Sequence record: PV158447.1
Length of the DNA: 64,000 bases
Direction: 5' to 3' (one strand)
Of this stretch, positions 9,164 through 18,354 are shown piece by piece. The first letter of the stretch is position 1; each line of letters opens with the position of its first letter. The notes beneath the pieces were generated by a model. The model was not told where the DNA came from and did not search any database. It was given only the letters and a program-made list of their open reading frames with translations. Made by a program: the position numbers and the translations under genes.

Positions 9164-9627
9164 TTAAAATAAATTCACTGTTTTCACTCCTACACGATGT
9201 TGTGAAAACCAACGGTCTGGAATGTTTGACTATCGATGGATCACATCTTGTTATCAGTACCCCTATGGAACAGATTGTCGCTGGTAATTTTATCCCATTT
9301 GATTGGACCGAATCAAAACTGGACAAATCCTTAATTTCCGTCTGGAAACAACTTCATATTCCGGACTCAATGTATGTCATTTCGGCATCAGGTTTTGGAC
9401 CTAAGACAGGTCTCTGGAAAGAGCTTCCGGTTGATTTCACTTTACATCAGTGGGATGCTGCGGCGCTGGCTATTCGCGACGATTACCTCAAAGCGTTAGC
9501 TGGAGAAGATAGCGATGATTTGCTGAAAGATTACCCTGATCACCAGATGTTCAATAAAGATGAAGTCAGGGCTCTTCTTCAACAAGCTATTAATGCCACT
9601 ATCGACAAACTCTCAGTTAAGAAGTAG
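9160..9627 (+). CDS. Hypothetical protein (155 aa)
   Basis: ATGA overlap, GGAG RBS. Confidence 0.7.
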   Translation: MIKINSLFSLLHDVVKTNGLECLTIDGSHLVISTPMEQIVAGNFIPFDWTESKLDKSLISVWKQLHIPDSMYVISASGFGPKTGLWKELPVDFTLHQWDAAALAIRDDYLKALAGEDSDDLLKDYPDHQMFNKDEVRALLQQAINATIDKLSVKK

Positions 9628-9632
9628 GTATT

Positions 9633-10100
9633 ATGTTAGATTGTCAACAACTTCTAAAATCAGATCCCTATCCTATCTTGATGGGGATCGATCCAAAGAC
9701 AAATGCAGTCTTGTTCATTAACAGCGACAATCCACTCGCTGAGAGTAATGAATGGGAACCTGTTGGTGTCACTTCTATTCCTCCTTTTGATACCCCAGAA
9801 CTTTACACAGCAATTGGGTTAAATGGAGGGATCGTGGGTTACGTTATGTTTAATGGACCTCCGAGCAATAATGGGATAGTTATCGTCGGTGAACGTGTGC
9901 CGTTACGAGAAGGAACATCTTTCTGGCAATCAGTCAGTAAGACTGTTTATCTTCACTCCAGATATGGTAGCAGCAAGATAGAGGATCTTCCTCCAAATGT
10001 TGTATCCAAACGGACTTATCTCTCCAATCTGGACGAGATAAGAAATGACGTCTCTCAATTACTGGAAGACGTTACCAAAGTGATAGAACGAGGTAAGTGA
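9633..10100 (+). CDS. Hypothetical protein (155 aa)
   Basis: Tightly packed ORF with AGGT RBS. Confidence 0.7.
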   Translation: MLDCQQLLKSDPYPILMGIDPKTNAVLFINSDNPLAESNEWEPVGVTSIPPFDTPELYTAIGLNGGIVGYVMFNGPPSNNGIVIVGERVPLREGTSFWQSVSKTVYLHSRYGSSKIEDLPPNVVSKRTYLSNLDEIRNDVSQLLEDVTKVIERGK

Positions 10101-10101
10101 G

Positions 10102-10650
10102 ATGAAAGCACTGAAGTTCATCTTAGCGATGTTGGTTGGGAGTTTCCTGTGGACAAGTTCTGTGTCTGCGGCAGAAGGCCCTTATCCCGCTAAGGATAAA
10201 CATGGTTGGGTAGAAAAGGAAGGCCCTGGGTACATGATCTCCAATACGGGACTCAATGGTGGGGTAGTGGTGGTGGGGTGCGAGAAACCTAACTACGACA
10301 TTATCATTCGGTACACTCCGAAAGGTAAGAAACTCACCAAACTGTTCTTGATCGATATTGCTGATCTATACACGCTACCAGGGCATGTCACATCCACCGC
10401 ATTTGGATTGAACACCTTGACTGCGGACGTAGTACTTGAAAGACTCAACTATTCGGCTACGGGCTTCCTAGGGGCCTATTACGCACCTAATGCAGTGGAA
10501 CAGTTCTTTACTTACAAATTGGATCCAGTGAATAACCGTTTACCGATCCCTGTAGGTTGGGAGAGGTTCTTGGGTGGCGGTGACGTGAAAGAGTACATTA
10601 AGAAAATGCGATCTCAATGTACTGTGGATGCAAAGCAACCTTATCTGTGA
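10102..10650 (+). CDS. Exported protein with Sec signal peptide
   Basis: MKALKFILAMLVGSFLWTSSVSA|AEG; two Cys. Confidence 0.75.
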   Translation: MKALKFILAMLVGSFLWTSSVSAAEGPYPAKDKHGWVEKEGPGYMISNTGLNGGVVVVGCEKPNYDIIIRYTPKGKKLTKLFLIDIADLYTLPGHVTSTAFGLNTLTADVVLERLNYSATGFLGAYYAPNAVEQFFTYKLDPVNNRLPIPVGWERFLGGGDVKEYIKKMRSQCTVDAKQPYL

Positions 10651-10658
10651 AACAGAAA

Positions 10659-10686
10659 CCAGGGAGAACCTTCGGGTTCTCCCTGG
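10659..10686 (+). terminator. Intrinsic terminator (UUCG loop)
   Basis: CCAGGGAGAACC-TTCG-GGTTCTCCCTGG. Confidence 0.8.
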
Positions 10687-10699
10687 CTACATTTAAGAT

Positions 10700-10732
10700 C
10701 CATTTTATTTTAGACATATATTATTAAAGTGT
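10700..10732 (+). promoter_or_regulatory. Putative early promoter
   Basis: CCATTTTATTTTAGACATATATTATTAAAGTGT; flanks shared with the 62083 and 6902 copies. Confidence 0.7.
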
Positions 10733-10788
10733 ATGAAGAAGAAATAAGTTTGTACATATTCAACTAACTACCTAACGGGGTAAATCAA

Positions 10789-11409
10789 ATGAAAAAGTTT
10801 ATGCAAAATGTAATGCTGGTACTGGGCATGTTTTCCTGTGGTTACGTTCAAGCACTCAGTGCTGACGCTCCGCCGGTGAACTGGAAACTCAATCCAATTA
10901 GCACCTATGAAGTCTGGAGTGGTGAAGCCGGTCGTGGTTACACCCAACTCACCGTAGCCACTCGTGATGAAGGGGGTCATGAATTGGAGGAATTTCAGTT
11001 CTTCTGTAAACGTGGGAACCCGAAACTCTTCATCGTACACAATGCGATCGATGTGACCGGGGAGTATAGCGAATGGGCTGATGGTTTTGCCATTCAGTAC
11101 TACACTCCTGGTGAGACCAAAGCTCGTGATCTTTTCATGTCGGATAAAGACTTCTTGATCATTGGTCGTAAAGGTACCAACTTGCGGTCGGCGTTGGCCA
11201 AGCTTGCCCACTATACCGAGGGTTATTTTACCTTTACGCTGTTCAGCACTGGGATGCATGGCGAGATCACCACTAACGTGGTAAGTAATGCCATGACAAT
11301 CGACGTGGCTAAAGCAATGAGTCAAAAACTGATGGAAAAAGATCCCATGGTTTGTGATGCAGGAACTGGTGATACTGCAAATATCAGTATTACTGTTGCA
11401 AAACAATGA
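10789..11409 (+). CDS. Exported protein with Sec signal peptide
   Basis: MKKFMQNVMLVLGMFSCGYVQA...; FQFFC and terminal PMVC cysteines. Confidence 0.75.
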   Translation: MKKFMQNVMLVLGMFSCGYVQALSADAPPVNWKLNPISTYEVWSGEAGRGYTQLTVATRDEGGHELEEFQFFCKRGNPKLFIVHNAIDVTGEYSEWADGFAIQYYTPGETKARDLFMSDKDFLIIGRKGTNLRSALAKLAHYTEGYFTFTLFSTGMHGEITTNVVSNAMTIDVAKAMSQKLMEKDPMVCDAGTGDTANISITVAKQ

Positions 11410-11416
11410 TAATACG

Positions 11417-11443
11417 ACTCACTCACCACCGAGGTGAGTGAGT
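11417..11443 (+). terminator. Intrinsic terminator
   Basis: ACTCACTCACC-ACCGA-GGTGAGTGAGT. Confidence 0.75.
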
Positions 11444-11480
11444 TCATTTTACTTCTATTTAGTTATTAAAGGAATTCAAT

Positions 11481-12089
11481 ATGAAAAACGTGCTGCTTGC
11501 TTTGATTGCTTTGTTCTCTTTCAATACCTTCGCTGCCAACTACGAAATCCTGGAAGCAGAATCGACGACTACCAATGTTTCTCGTATTGTTCGTGATGGT
11601 CGGATGATAGTGGATTTTATCTGGGAAGGGAAAACAACTGATTCGGTTCAGTTGGTCTGTACACCTGGGGAAGCGACGGTGATCAATTATCGTCTCAATA
11701 AACCGGAAAGTATTTCTCGGGTTGGTAAAGACCAAGACTCCTTGGTCTTGATTGTTAGTGAAAGCACCTACCTCCCTACTTATCTCAAAGGTCACAGTGG
11801 TGGTGAGAAAGGTGATCGCTGGATTGTATTGGGTGATCTCACTCAGAACCCTGAGAAGTTCGCTAAAACGTTGGCGACTTCAGTCTATGATAAACAAGGT
11901 GCGAATATCATCATGACCTTCGCCACTGTCAAATATGTCGGTAGTGCTGATTTCAAAATCACTGGTATGAGTCCGGTAATCAACTACAGTAGTTTCACCG
12001 ACGTTTATCACCGTCTCAAAGAACTGGGTTCCGAGCTAAAAGAATGTAACCGCAACGCTGGTAACGTTGTTCTTAACAATCTCTTCTAG
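11481..12089 (+). CDS. Exported protein with Sec signal peptide
   Basis: MKNVLLALIALFSFNTFA|ANY; VQLVC and LKEC cysteines. Confidence 0.78.
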   Translation: MKNVLLALIALFSFNTFAANYEILEAESTTTNVSRIVRDGRMIVDFIWEGKTTDSVQLVCTPGEATVINYRLNKPESISRVGKDQDSLVLIVSESTYLPTYLKGHSGGEKGDRWIVLGDLTQNPEKFAKTLATSVYDKQGANIIMTFATVKYVGSADFKITGMSPVINYSSFTDVYHRLKELGSELKECNRNAGNVVLNNLF

Positions 12090-12100
12090 GAGGAATAGAA

Positions 12101-12241
12101 ATGACTTTCAATAAACAAAACCTGTATTGGATATTGATCGGTTTGTTGCTTATTGCCAATCTCTCTTTCTTGGGGGAAAACAAACCGGTTGTTCTTCCCC
12201 ATTGGTCTGAAGCACCTATCTTCTCCCACCTTCTGAAATAA
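12101..12241 (+). CDS. Small membrane protein (46 aa)
   Basis: AGGAGG RBS; MTFNKQNLYWILIGLLLIANLSFLG... hydrophobic stretch. Not in the ORF track. Confidence 0.6.
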   Translation: MTFNKQNLYWILIGLLLIANLSFLGENKPVVLPHWSEAPIFSHLLK

Positions 12242-12252
12242 AGGAATATCAC

Positions 12253-12924
12253 ATGGTAACACAACTCAAGAAAATCTATCCGTTTGCATTGGCGTTGGTC
12301 GTTCTGATCGGTTCCTACCTCATCATGCCGAAAGGGGAAGAGGAAGTTAAGGTTGGGGTCCTGGAAGTTCCTACTCACGCCCAAAGCGTCTGGGAAAGTC
12401 GGCAGAACGTTTACAGTGGTCAACCTATCGCTCAGTTGAAAGTAGAGAGCCTGGTGGTTTCTGCTGCACGTCCGGTAGACGATGGTCTGTTGGTTCGTTT
12501 CGAGGGCAAACAAAGCAAAGATGTATTCTTGTTGGCTTGTGATCGTAAATCCATGTTCCTTGAAATAGGCTACTCATTTGACATTAAACCCAACTTCAAG
12601 GACAGTGACGTGGATGGATTTGGTATTCGGGTTTATCCGAAAGGTACTCGTATCGTTCACCAAATCGACGAGGAACGGACCGGGGTCTATAGTAGTAGTT
12701 TGGGCGATCCTTACCTCAAAAGCTCTCTGGAGTTGATTCAGGACCTTGATAACGATGATCTGGTTGTGTTCACTGTTGAGAATCACAGTGCTGGCGAAAT
12801 CCCAGTGACTATTGGGTGGGGTCCTGCGTTCCGGGTGAAGGATATCAAAGCTGTGCTCAAACAAGTTAACTTCTCAGCTTGTGAGGAAGTAACTATGCAC
12901 AATAAACCTGAGCGTGTTATTTGA
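12253..12924 (+). CDS. Membrane-anchored or exported protein
   Basis: N-terminal hydrophobic helix; FLLAC and FSAC cysteines. Confidence 0.72.
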   Translation: MVTQLKKIYPFALALVVLIGSYLIMPKGEEEVKVGVLEVPTHAQSVWESRQNVYSGQPIAQLKVESLVVSAARPVDDGLLVRFEGKQSKDVFLLACDRKSMFLEIGYSFDIKPNFKDSDVDGFGIRVYPKGTRIVHQIDEERTGVYSSSLGDPYLKSSLELIQDLDNDDLVVFTVENHSAGEIPVTIGWGPAFRVKDIKAVLKQVNFSACEEVTMHNKPERVI

Positions 12925-13028
12925 TAGGAGAAACGAAATGTCGTTTGAAACAATGATGCGGGCAACTTTGGAGATGTTTGACAACTAAAAATCTTATTTT
13001 ATACATCCAGTATAAATAGGAACCTAAG

Positions 13029-13370
13029 ATGTTAACTCTGAAGGTGAATGTCGTGGAAACTAAAACGCTGTTAGAGTCAGGTGACCTGATAGGTGCACTC
13101 ACACCCATCCTAGAACGGTTAGTTAGTCCTGGTCATTTCCTGATCGGCGATGAACTTGCCAATGGTTGGTTAAATCTCCGGGGTGATGAAGAGGAATTTT
13201 CAAAACTCCGTGATCGTTACATTATCAAGTGTCTCCGATCTAAACTTGAAACACCGACTGAGTCCTGGGAATTGATTGTGCTGACAATGCCGGACCTTCT
13301 CGATATCATGTCTGTTGATGAAGTACTTGAGGTTATTGGGTCGTTGGTGAGTCAAGATATCTATCTGTAA
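13029..13370 (+). CDS. Hypothetical protein (113 aa)
   Basis: AGGA RBS; terminator at 13373-13402. Confidence 0.7.
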   Translation: MLTLKVNVVETKTLLESGDLIGALTPILERLVSPGHFLIGDELANGWLNLRGDEEEFSKLRDRYIIKCLRSKLETPTESWELIVLTMPDLLDIMSVDEVLEVIGSLVSQDIYL

Positions 13371-13372
13371 TC

Positions 13373-13402
13373 AACAGTGTGTGACAGAAGTCACACACTG
13401 TT
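13373..13402 (+). terminator. Intrinsic terminator
   Basis: AACAGTGTGTGAC-AGAA-GTCACACACTGTT. Confidence 0.75.
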
Positions 13403-13434
13403 ACCATTATTTAGTGTTCATAGGGGCAATATAA

Positions 13435-14157
13435 ATGATAAACGGGATCAGTAAAGCAGTTGTTTATTTGGACAAGTTTGATCAGTTGTTCGAGGGAACT
13501 ATTGATCGGACTCTTTTGACCGAAGCGGTTAACTCTATCGCCAAGAACGATCCGGCCCACAATCTGGGTCACGTATTCGACGTATGTGTCCTTACTAAGG
13601 AGATCTGTGTTCTTCAGGCACTTTCTGAACGTCAAACGTTTCTGGCGTACCTGGGTGCATTGTTGCACGACATCGGTTGCAGACTGAGCCGTGATGATCA
13701 TCACATCGTCGGTTACGGAATGGCTTATGTCATTCTGGATAAGTATTACGGAGATTCCATCACTCCGTTCGAAGTGAAAACAGTTGCCACGGCAATATTG
13801 GAACATCGTTCTTCTAATAAGAACAAACCAAGTAACCTGATTGCTGAAGTGGTTAGCATAGCTGATAGTGGGAAACCAGATATTCAGCTGTATGTAAAAC
13901 GAGCTCTCCAATTCAGGATTAGTCGTGGTGATCTGGATCGACTTGACAAGGAAGGATTGTTCAAGGAAGTTGTCGAGCACCTTCGGGAAAAGTTCCAGAA
14001 AGACACAGGGTATCACTGGAAGAGCTACCCTGATATTGGGATGGTTTATTTTAGTGAACACTGGGAACGGTTTATTCGTTTCCTGGAGGCTGATAACTTA
14101 GGGGCACTCTGGATACTCATTGAAGACGAGTATCGTAATTTGATTAATTGCGCATAA
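13435..14157 (+). CDS. HD-domain metal-dependent phosphohydrolase
   Basis: H...H (AHNLGH), LLHDIG, HH, EH and AD motifs in the canonical HD order. Confidence 0.8.
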   Translation: MINGISKAVVYLDKFDQLFEGTIDRTLLTEAVNSIAKNDPAHNLGHVFDVCVLTKEICVLQALSERQTFLAYLGALLHDIGCRLSRDDHHIVGYGMAYVILDKYYGDSITPFEVKTVATAILEHRSSNKNKPSNLIAEVVSIADSGKPDIQLYVKRALQFRISRGDLDRLDKEGLFKEVVEHLREKFQKDTGYHWKSYPDIGMVYFSEHWERFIRFLEADNLGALWILIEDEYRNLINCA

Positions 14158-14162
14158 AGATA

Positions 14163-14195
14163 TAGAGAGAGCTACCCATTGGGTAGCTCTCTCTA
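14163..14195. terminator. Bidirectional terminator between convergent genes
   Basis: TAGAGAGAGCTACCC-ATT-GGGTAGCTCTCTCTA. Confidence 0.8.
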
Positions 14196-14223
14196 GTTTT
14201 ATGTTTGTATTCTTTTTTTTGTC

Positions 14224-15132
14224 TTACGGCATGTAGAGCGGTTTGACGATGTTGTTCTTCGCCTGTTCCATCATGTTGGTCAGACCACCATCACGGTCAC
14301 CCTGGAGGGTAGAGGTCGGCTGAGTGAACCCAGCGGGAGCTTTACGACCACTCGGGTTGTAAAGAGGCATCCGTTTCATCACTTCGCGAGCGATCTCTTT
14401 TACTGCGTGAGTATCAAACTCAAACAGACCAGTGAACTCGGTTTGGATTTCACGAACACGACCAGAAGCCTGATCGACATCATAACCGAATTCATACTGC
14501 GGACCTTCCTTCGGCATTTGGGCCAGAGAGAGACAAGCGTGGGTCACGTCATCCCAAGTTCGGTTCGGTTCGAAGTAGATACTGGTTTGAGAAACCACAT
14601 CCAGGTTCAGACCGTCCTGAGTACCACCATTAATGGTGATGATCTTCGGGTGACGAATCACCGGATCTGCCAACAGGTAAGTAATCCAGGTATCGAACAA
14701 CTTGGAGAAGGACTCACCATCCGGGTCCAAGGCCATGTGGCTAATGGTACCGAATTGGCGGGTAGAACCGATCGGGAAACTCAGTGTCGCACCACCCGGC
14801 ATGGTGATGTCGTGGTAATCGACACTGGTACGAGCGGTCAGACCACCCCAGTTACGGGTTCGAGTTTCCATGAAGGAACGCAGGAGACCGTGGAGCTTGT
14901 TCCCGGCCGGGAGTCGGTTGAAACCAGCCGGGGTGGACAGAACGACACAGTACGGACGTTGAGCAACGTAAGGTTGTTCTTGTACGTAACGGAAGTTGTC
15001 CGGGGAGAACCCGTACTGACCACCGTTGGCCGCATTGATTACGGTACCACCTTGAATGTCAAATGCTCGCTGGAAATCACTGTTCGCAGGAATGAACATT
15101 TTGTTATCGCGGTGCGGGAAATTAGTACTCAT
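14224..15132 (-). CDS. Tail tube protein (phiKZ gp30-like)
   Basis: 302 aa, directly downstream of the sheath; high-expression codons; size and position match phiKZ-like tube genes. Confidence 0.75.
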   Translation of the reverse strand: MSTNFPHRDNKMFIPANSDFQRAFDIQGGTVINAANGGQYGFSPDNFRYVQEQPYVAQRPYCVVLSTPAGFNRLPAGNKLHGLLRSFMETRTRNWGGLTARTSVDYHDITMPGGATLSFPIGSTRQFGTISHMALDPDGESFSKLFDTWITYLLADPVIRHPKIITINGGTQDGLNLDVVSQTSIYFEPNRTWDDVTHACLSLAQMPKEGPQYEFGYDVDQASGRVREIQTEFTGLFEFDTHAVKEIAREVMKRMPLYNPSGRKAPAGFTQPTSTLQGDRDGGLTNMMEQAKNNIVKPLYMP

Positions 15133-15143
15133 TGATCATTTCC

Positions 15144-17342
15144 TTATTCAGCTGCGAGCGAATCTTGGTTGTACGCTTCCAGGACGGAATCCATCATGTA
15201 ATAGCCCTTACCGAACCAGAGTTTGGTGGTGCAATACATAACAGACTTGGCGTTGGGAGAATCCTCCTTGAAGGAAGGAACCACTTCCCAGTTACCCAGA
15301 ACTGCACCCAGGTTATCCCGAATACGTGCTTCGGAACGATCCTTCATGAAGGAGATATAACCTTCACGTGGAACCTGTGGGTCACCAGAGATCTGGATCC
15401 AGTTATCCGCCAGGATCTTCTCAACACACACTGCTTTCCAGGGGTTGGTCAGGTCTTTCAGAACAGAGTTCAGATCCGGATAGACGCTCGGAAGTGCCGG
15501 GCGGCAGAACTGCTCGATGTTCAACGGAGTAACAGTGATGCCACCTTGGATCAGGTTGTTAGCAGCAGGATCTTCCGCTTCAAACTGAACCATCGGATCG
15601 TGAACAATCCGGAGTGTACGGTTACCTTGGTGATCAGGCATGCGCTCGGCGAACACCTTACCATCTTCACCGCCACCTGCGTAAGCAAAGGCGTACATGG
15701 TGTCAATGTTCAGGGAGAAACGACCGAAGGTCGGTTCGTTGATCACTCGGCAATCCCAGAGGTTAATTGCAGAACGGCAAGCTTGGGACTGGAACTGCTC
15801 GGATTCCGGAATCATGGTGATCTTGGTATTGAGCATGTTCACTGCGGAGTAGATCTGTTCCTGGGTCTTGGTTTTCAGGTATTCAGTCGCACACAGTACT
15901 GCGATGAAGTCCTTACGCTTGGACAGGAAGTGGATGATCGCATCTTTGATCTGTTCGTTGAAACCCATGTCCCAGAAGAAGCTGGTGCGGTTACGAATCA
16001 CATCTTGGAAGTCCAGACTTTCAGCATAGCTGGTCAGATACCCAAGCAATAGAGCTTGGTTCATTTCCCAGTATTGCTTGTGCGAGACCATCGCCGGAGA
16101 ACCGACGTTAGGAACCCAAACACCATCGTGCTCGTCATCCCAAGTGGTCGGCTTACCAGGATAGGCACCTGTCTTATCAGCAAACGGATAAATACCACCA
16201 CTTGCATAATGATAAGTGTTCTGACCGACACGTGTGCCCTTGATGTTACCATCGACACTATCCAACAGGCCACCAAAAACGATGTTCTTATAGAACTTAC
16301 CGTTGTGGTCGACCAGAGTCAGAGGGTTCATGACAGCATGAGCCGGAAGACGTTTGGTTTGGACGACGGGAGCACCAACACCGCTCGGATACTCCACACC
16401 GTAGAGCTTGGTACAAACAACGTTCAAGTTGTTAGTATACACGTAAGCGTCTTCAAAGGGAGACGGTTCCGGTTGAACGGGACGGTTGACGTTACGACCA
16501 GTGTAGACGTTCAGAGCGTTCTGAACACCATACAGGACGTTGTTAGCACCGACAGTGTCGTACAGGGTGAACGTGGTCCCAGGGGTACCGTAAACGGTGT
16601 CTTTCGGAACACGAATACCGTTGTCCAGCCGCTCACCTTGGTTAAAGGTGTACGGGTAGGAACCGTAAGTCCGAACAAACAGAGAGATCTCTGCCCAGTC
16701 AGTTACCGGAGAATGCCCCAGGGAGAAGTACATGGAGTTGTACTCGTCACCAATACCGGAGAGCAGTTCAAACAGCGGATAGAACTTACCCTTAGTCCCA
16801 GCAGGAACCAGACCTTCATCTTCAGATTCAAAATCCACTACTTTAGCCGCACCAATAGCAGTTTCAGAATTGGTCTTCTGAATAGCAGGAACAACAAAAG
16901 AACCCTGGATGGTTGGAGTGGTTTCGTTTACCTTGGGCTTGCCGGCCGCATCGTACTGATAATCGCCATTCGGTTCCCGCAGGTAGTTAGGAACTTCCTG
17001 ATTCTCATAGAGCACAATACCCATGATCACACGGGCACGTTCTTCGTTTGCGGTCAGGCGTTTGAAAGAGAAAGACGCTTGACCAGCTGCACCCAGCTTT
17101 TGAACAGCCAGAGCAACCGGGTTGTAGTACGCACCAAACGGATCGGTAGTGTCGCCATAAATGGCGGTGAAATTACCGAGTCGGGTGTTGATACGCTTGG
17201 TCGGTCCACGCGGGGTGACCATTGCGAAATCGGGGAAGTGAGCAGGGCTAGTCAAGGTAGGAATGATAGACGGGAGTTCTTCCCGGCTGACGATCCCATG
17301 ATTCTTTACACGGCCCGGAATCACTTTTGTAAAGTTCGACAT
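15144..17342 (-). CDS. Contractile tail sheath protein (phiKZ gp29-like)
   Basis: 732 aa; N-terminal P..P.HFP...TPRGP, C-terminal FWDMGF and SVYPD..SVL motifs; divergent from the gp28-25 cluster. Confidence 0.85.
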   Translation of the reverse strand: MSNFTKVIPGRVKNHGIVSREELPSIIPTLTSPAHFPDFAMVTPRGPTKRINTRLGNFTAIYGDTTDPFGAYYNPVALAVQKLGAAGQASFSFKRLTANEERARVIMGIVLYENQEVPNYLREPNGDYQYDAAGKPKVNETTPTIQGSFVVPAIQKTNSETAIGAAKVVDFESEDEGLVPAGTKGKFYPLFELLSGIGDEYNSMYFSLGHSPVTDWAEISLFVRTYGSYPYTFNQGERLDNGIRVPKDTVYGTPGTTFTLYDTVGANNVLYGVQNALNVYTGRNVNRPVQPEPSPFEDAYVYTNNLNVVCTKLYGVEYPSGVGAPVVQTKRLPAHAVMNPLTLVDHNGKFYKNIVFGGLLDSVDGNIKGTRVGQNTYHYASGGIYPFADKTGAYPGKPTTWDDEHDGVWVPNVGSPAMVSHKQYWEMNQALLLGYLTSYAESLDFQDVIRNRTSFFWDMGFNEQIKDAIIHFLSKRKDFIAVLCATEYLKTKTQEQIYSAVNMLNTKITMIPESEQFQSQACRSAINLWDCRVINEPTFGRFSLNIDTMYAFAYAGGGEDGKVFAERMPDHQGNRTLRIVHDPMVQFEAEDPAANNLIQGGITVTPLNIEQFCRPALPSVYPDLNSVLKDLTNPWKAVCVEKILADNWIQISGDPQVPREGYISFMKDRSEARIRDNLGAVLGNWEVVPSFKEDSPNAKSVMYCTTKLWFGKGYYMMDSVLEAYNQDSLAAE

Positions 17343-17460
17343 ATCGACTCCGATCTATTAATAAAGATGAATTTTTTTGATCAAAAAAATCAATCGTATG
17401 ACCCGAAGGCCACATGTTGGCTGACGTTTACACGCATAACATTATTTTAGGACTGAGGCT

Positions 17461-18336
17461 ATGATTTTAAATGGTTATGACACCAGTGTAGGTTCCCGAT
17501 TCCGCATTAAGGACAAGGTTACCGACACTCTGAAAATCCTGCAAAGTACCGATCGACTGGAAATCATTGATGATCGTGGTGTTTACGCCATTACTCACAA
17601 AAACGATGCAGGTCTTCCTCCCTTTATCTTCCCAATGAGTTTCCAAAACTACATGCGGGAAAAAATCACCGTAATGGATCAACGTCCTTACTTTAACAAG
17701 AGTGGTCAAAACGTAAACCTTCCTGAATACAACGTGATGTTTTTGGCGACTTGTTTACAGCAAGATCTCCAAAACGGTCAGACCACGTTGATGAAGACAG
17801 CACGTCCTTGTACTATCAAAGCATTTGCTAGTGCAATGTCACGTTCTTTGGCTCGTGGTGTTCAACTGGATATTCGTTCCCAAACTGTTTTGAAGATTAT
17901 CCTGGCTTATTACTTTGTTTGTCTGTTGGAAGGTCCGATTCCGGAACTGACTTACGTTGCCAAAAACAGTATTCGTTCCGCTCTCCCGTTCAGTATTAAT
18001 GACATTGGTGACGTAATCGATGCCATGGGTTACGTTGGGACTTTGGCCGATCTTCATAAAGTAATTACTACTCATCCGGAACTTTTCTCTCTTTCTCGTC
18101 TGGATCTTTCTGGTTTGATTCAAGCAGGTGGTGGGATCTTCTTTGCCCCCAGTGGTTATCGACAGATTGTTCAAGCTGCCCTGGAAATGCCCACGCTGTT
18201 CACTGCTTTCTGTTGGGGCGCTGCTACCCAGAAGTTGTATCAGAACACACTGATCGGGGAAGAGTTGAATCCGAAGAACTATCCGAAGGTAGATGCTTTC
18301 GTTAAGAGTGTCGGGTACTACCTCAACGCACGTTAA
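17461..18336 (+). CDS. Virion structural protein (phiKZ gp28-like)
   Basis: Synteny sheath<-/->gp28-gp27-gp26-terminase. Confidence 0.65.
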   Translation: MILNGYDTSVGSRFRIKDKVTDTLKILQSTDRLEIIDDRGVYAITHKNDAGLPPFIFPMSFQNYMREKITVMDQRPYFNKSGQNVNLPEYNVMFLATCLQQDLQNGQTTLMKTARPCTIKAFASAMSRSLARGVQLDIRSQTVLKIILAYYFVCLLEGPIPELTYVAKNSIRSALPFSINDIGDVIDAMGYVGTLADLHKVITTHPELFSLSRLDLSGLIQAGGGIFFAPSGYRQIVQAALEMPTLFTAFCWGAATQKLYQNTLIGEELNPKNYPKVDAFVKSVGYYLNAR

Positions 18337-18354
18337 TTACAAGAGGGTTACAGC

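Noticed and set aside
13435-14157. Z-genome (DatZ) pathway
   Set aside because: No PurZ or MazZ neighbours in the window; HD motifs alone do not specify a dATPase.
14407-17450. Long plus-strand ORFs (242, 306 and 464 aa) opposite the tail tube and sheath
   Set aside because: Antisense shadows of highly expressed structural genes.
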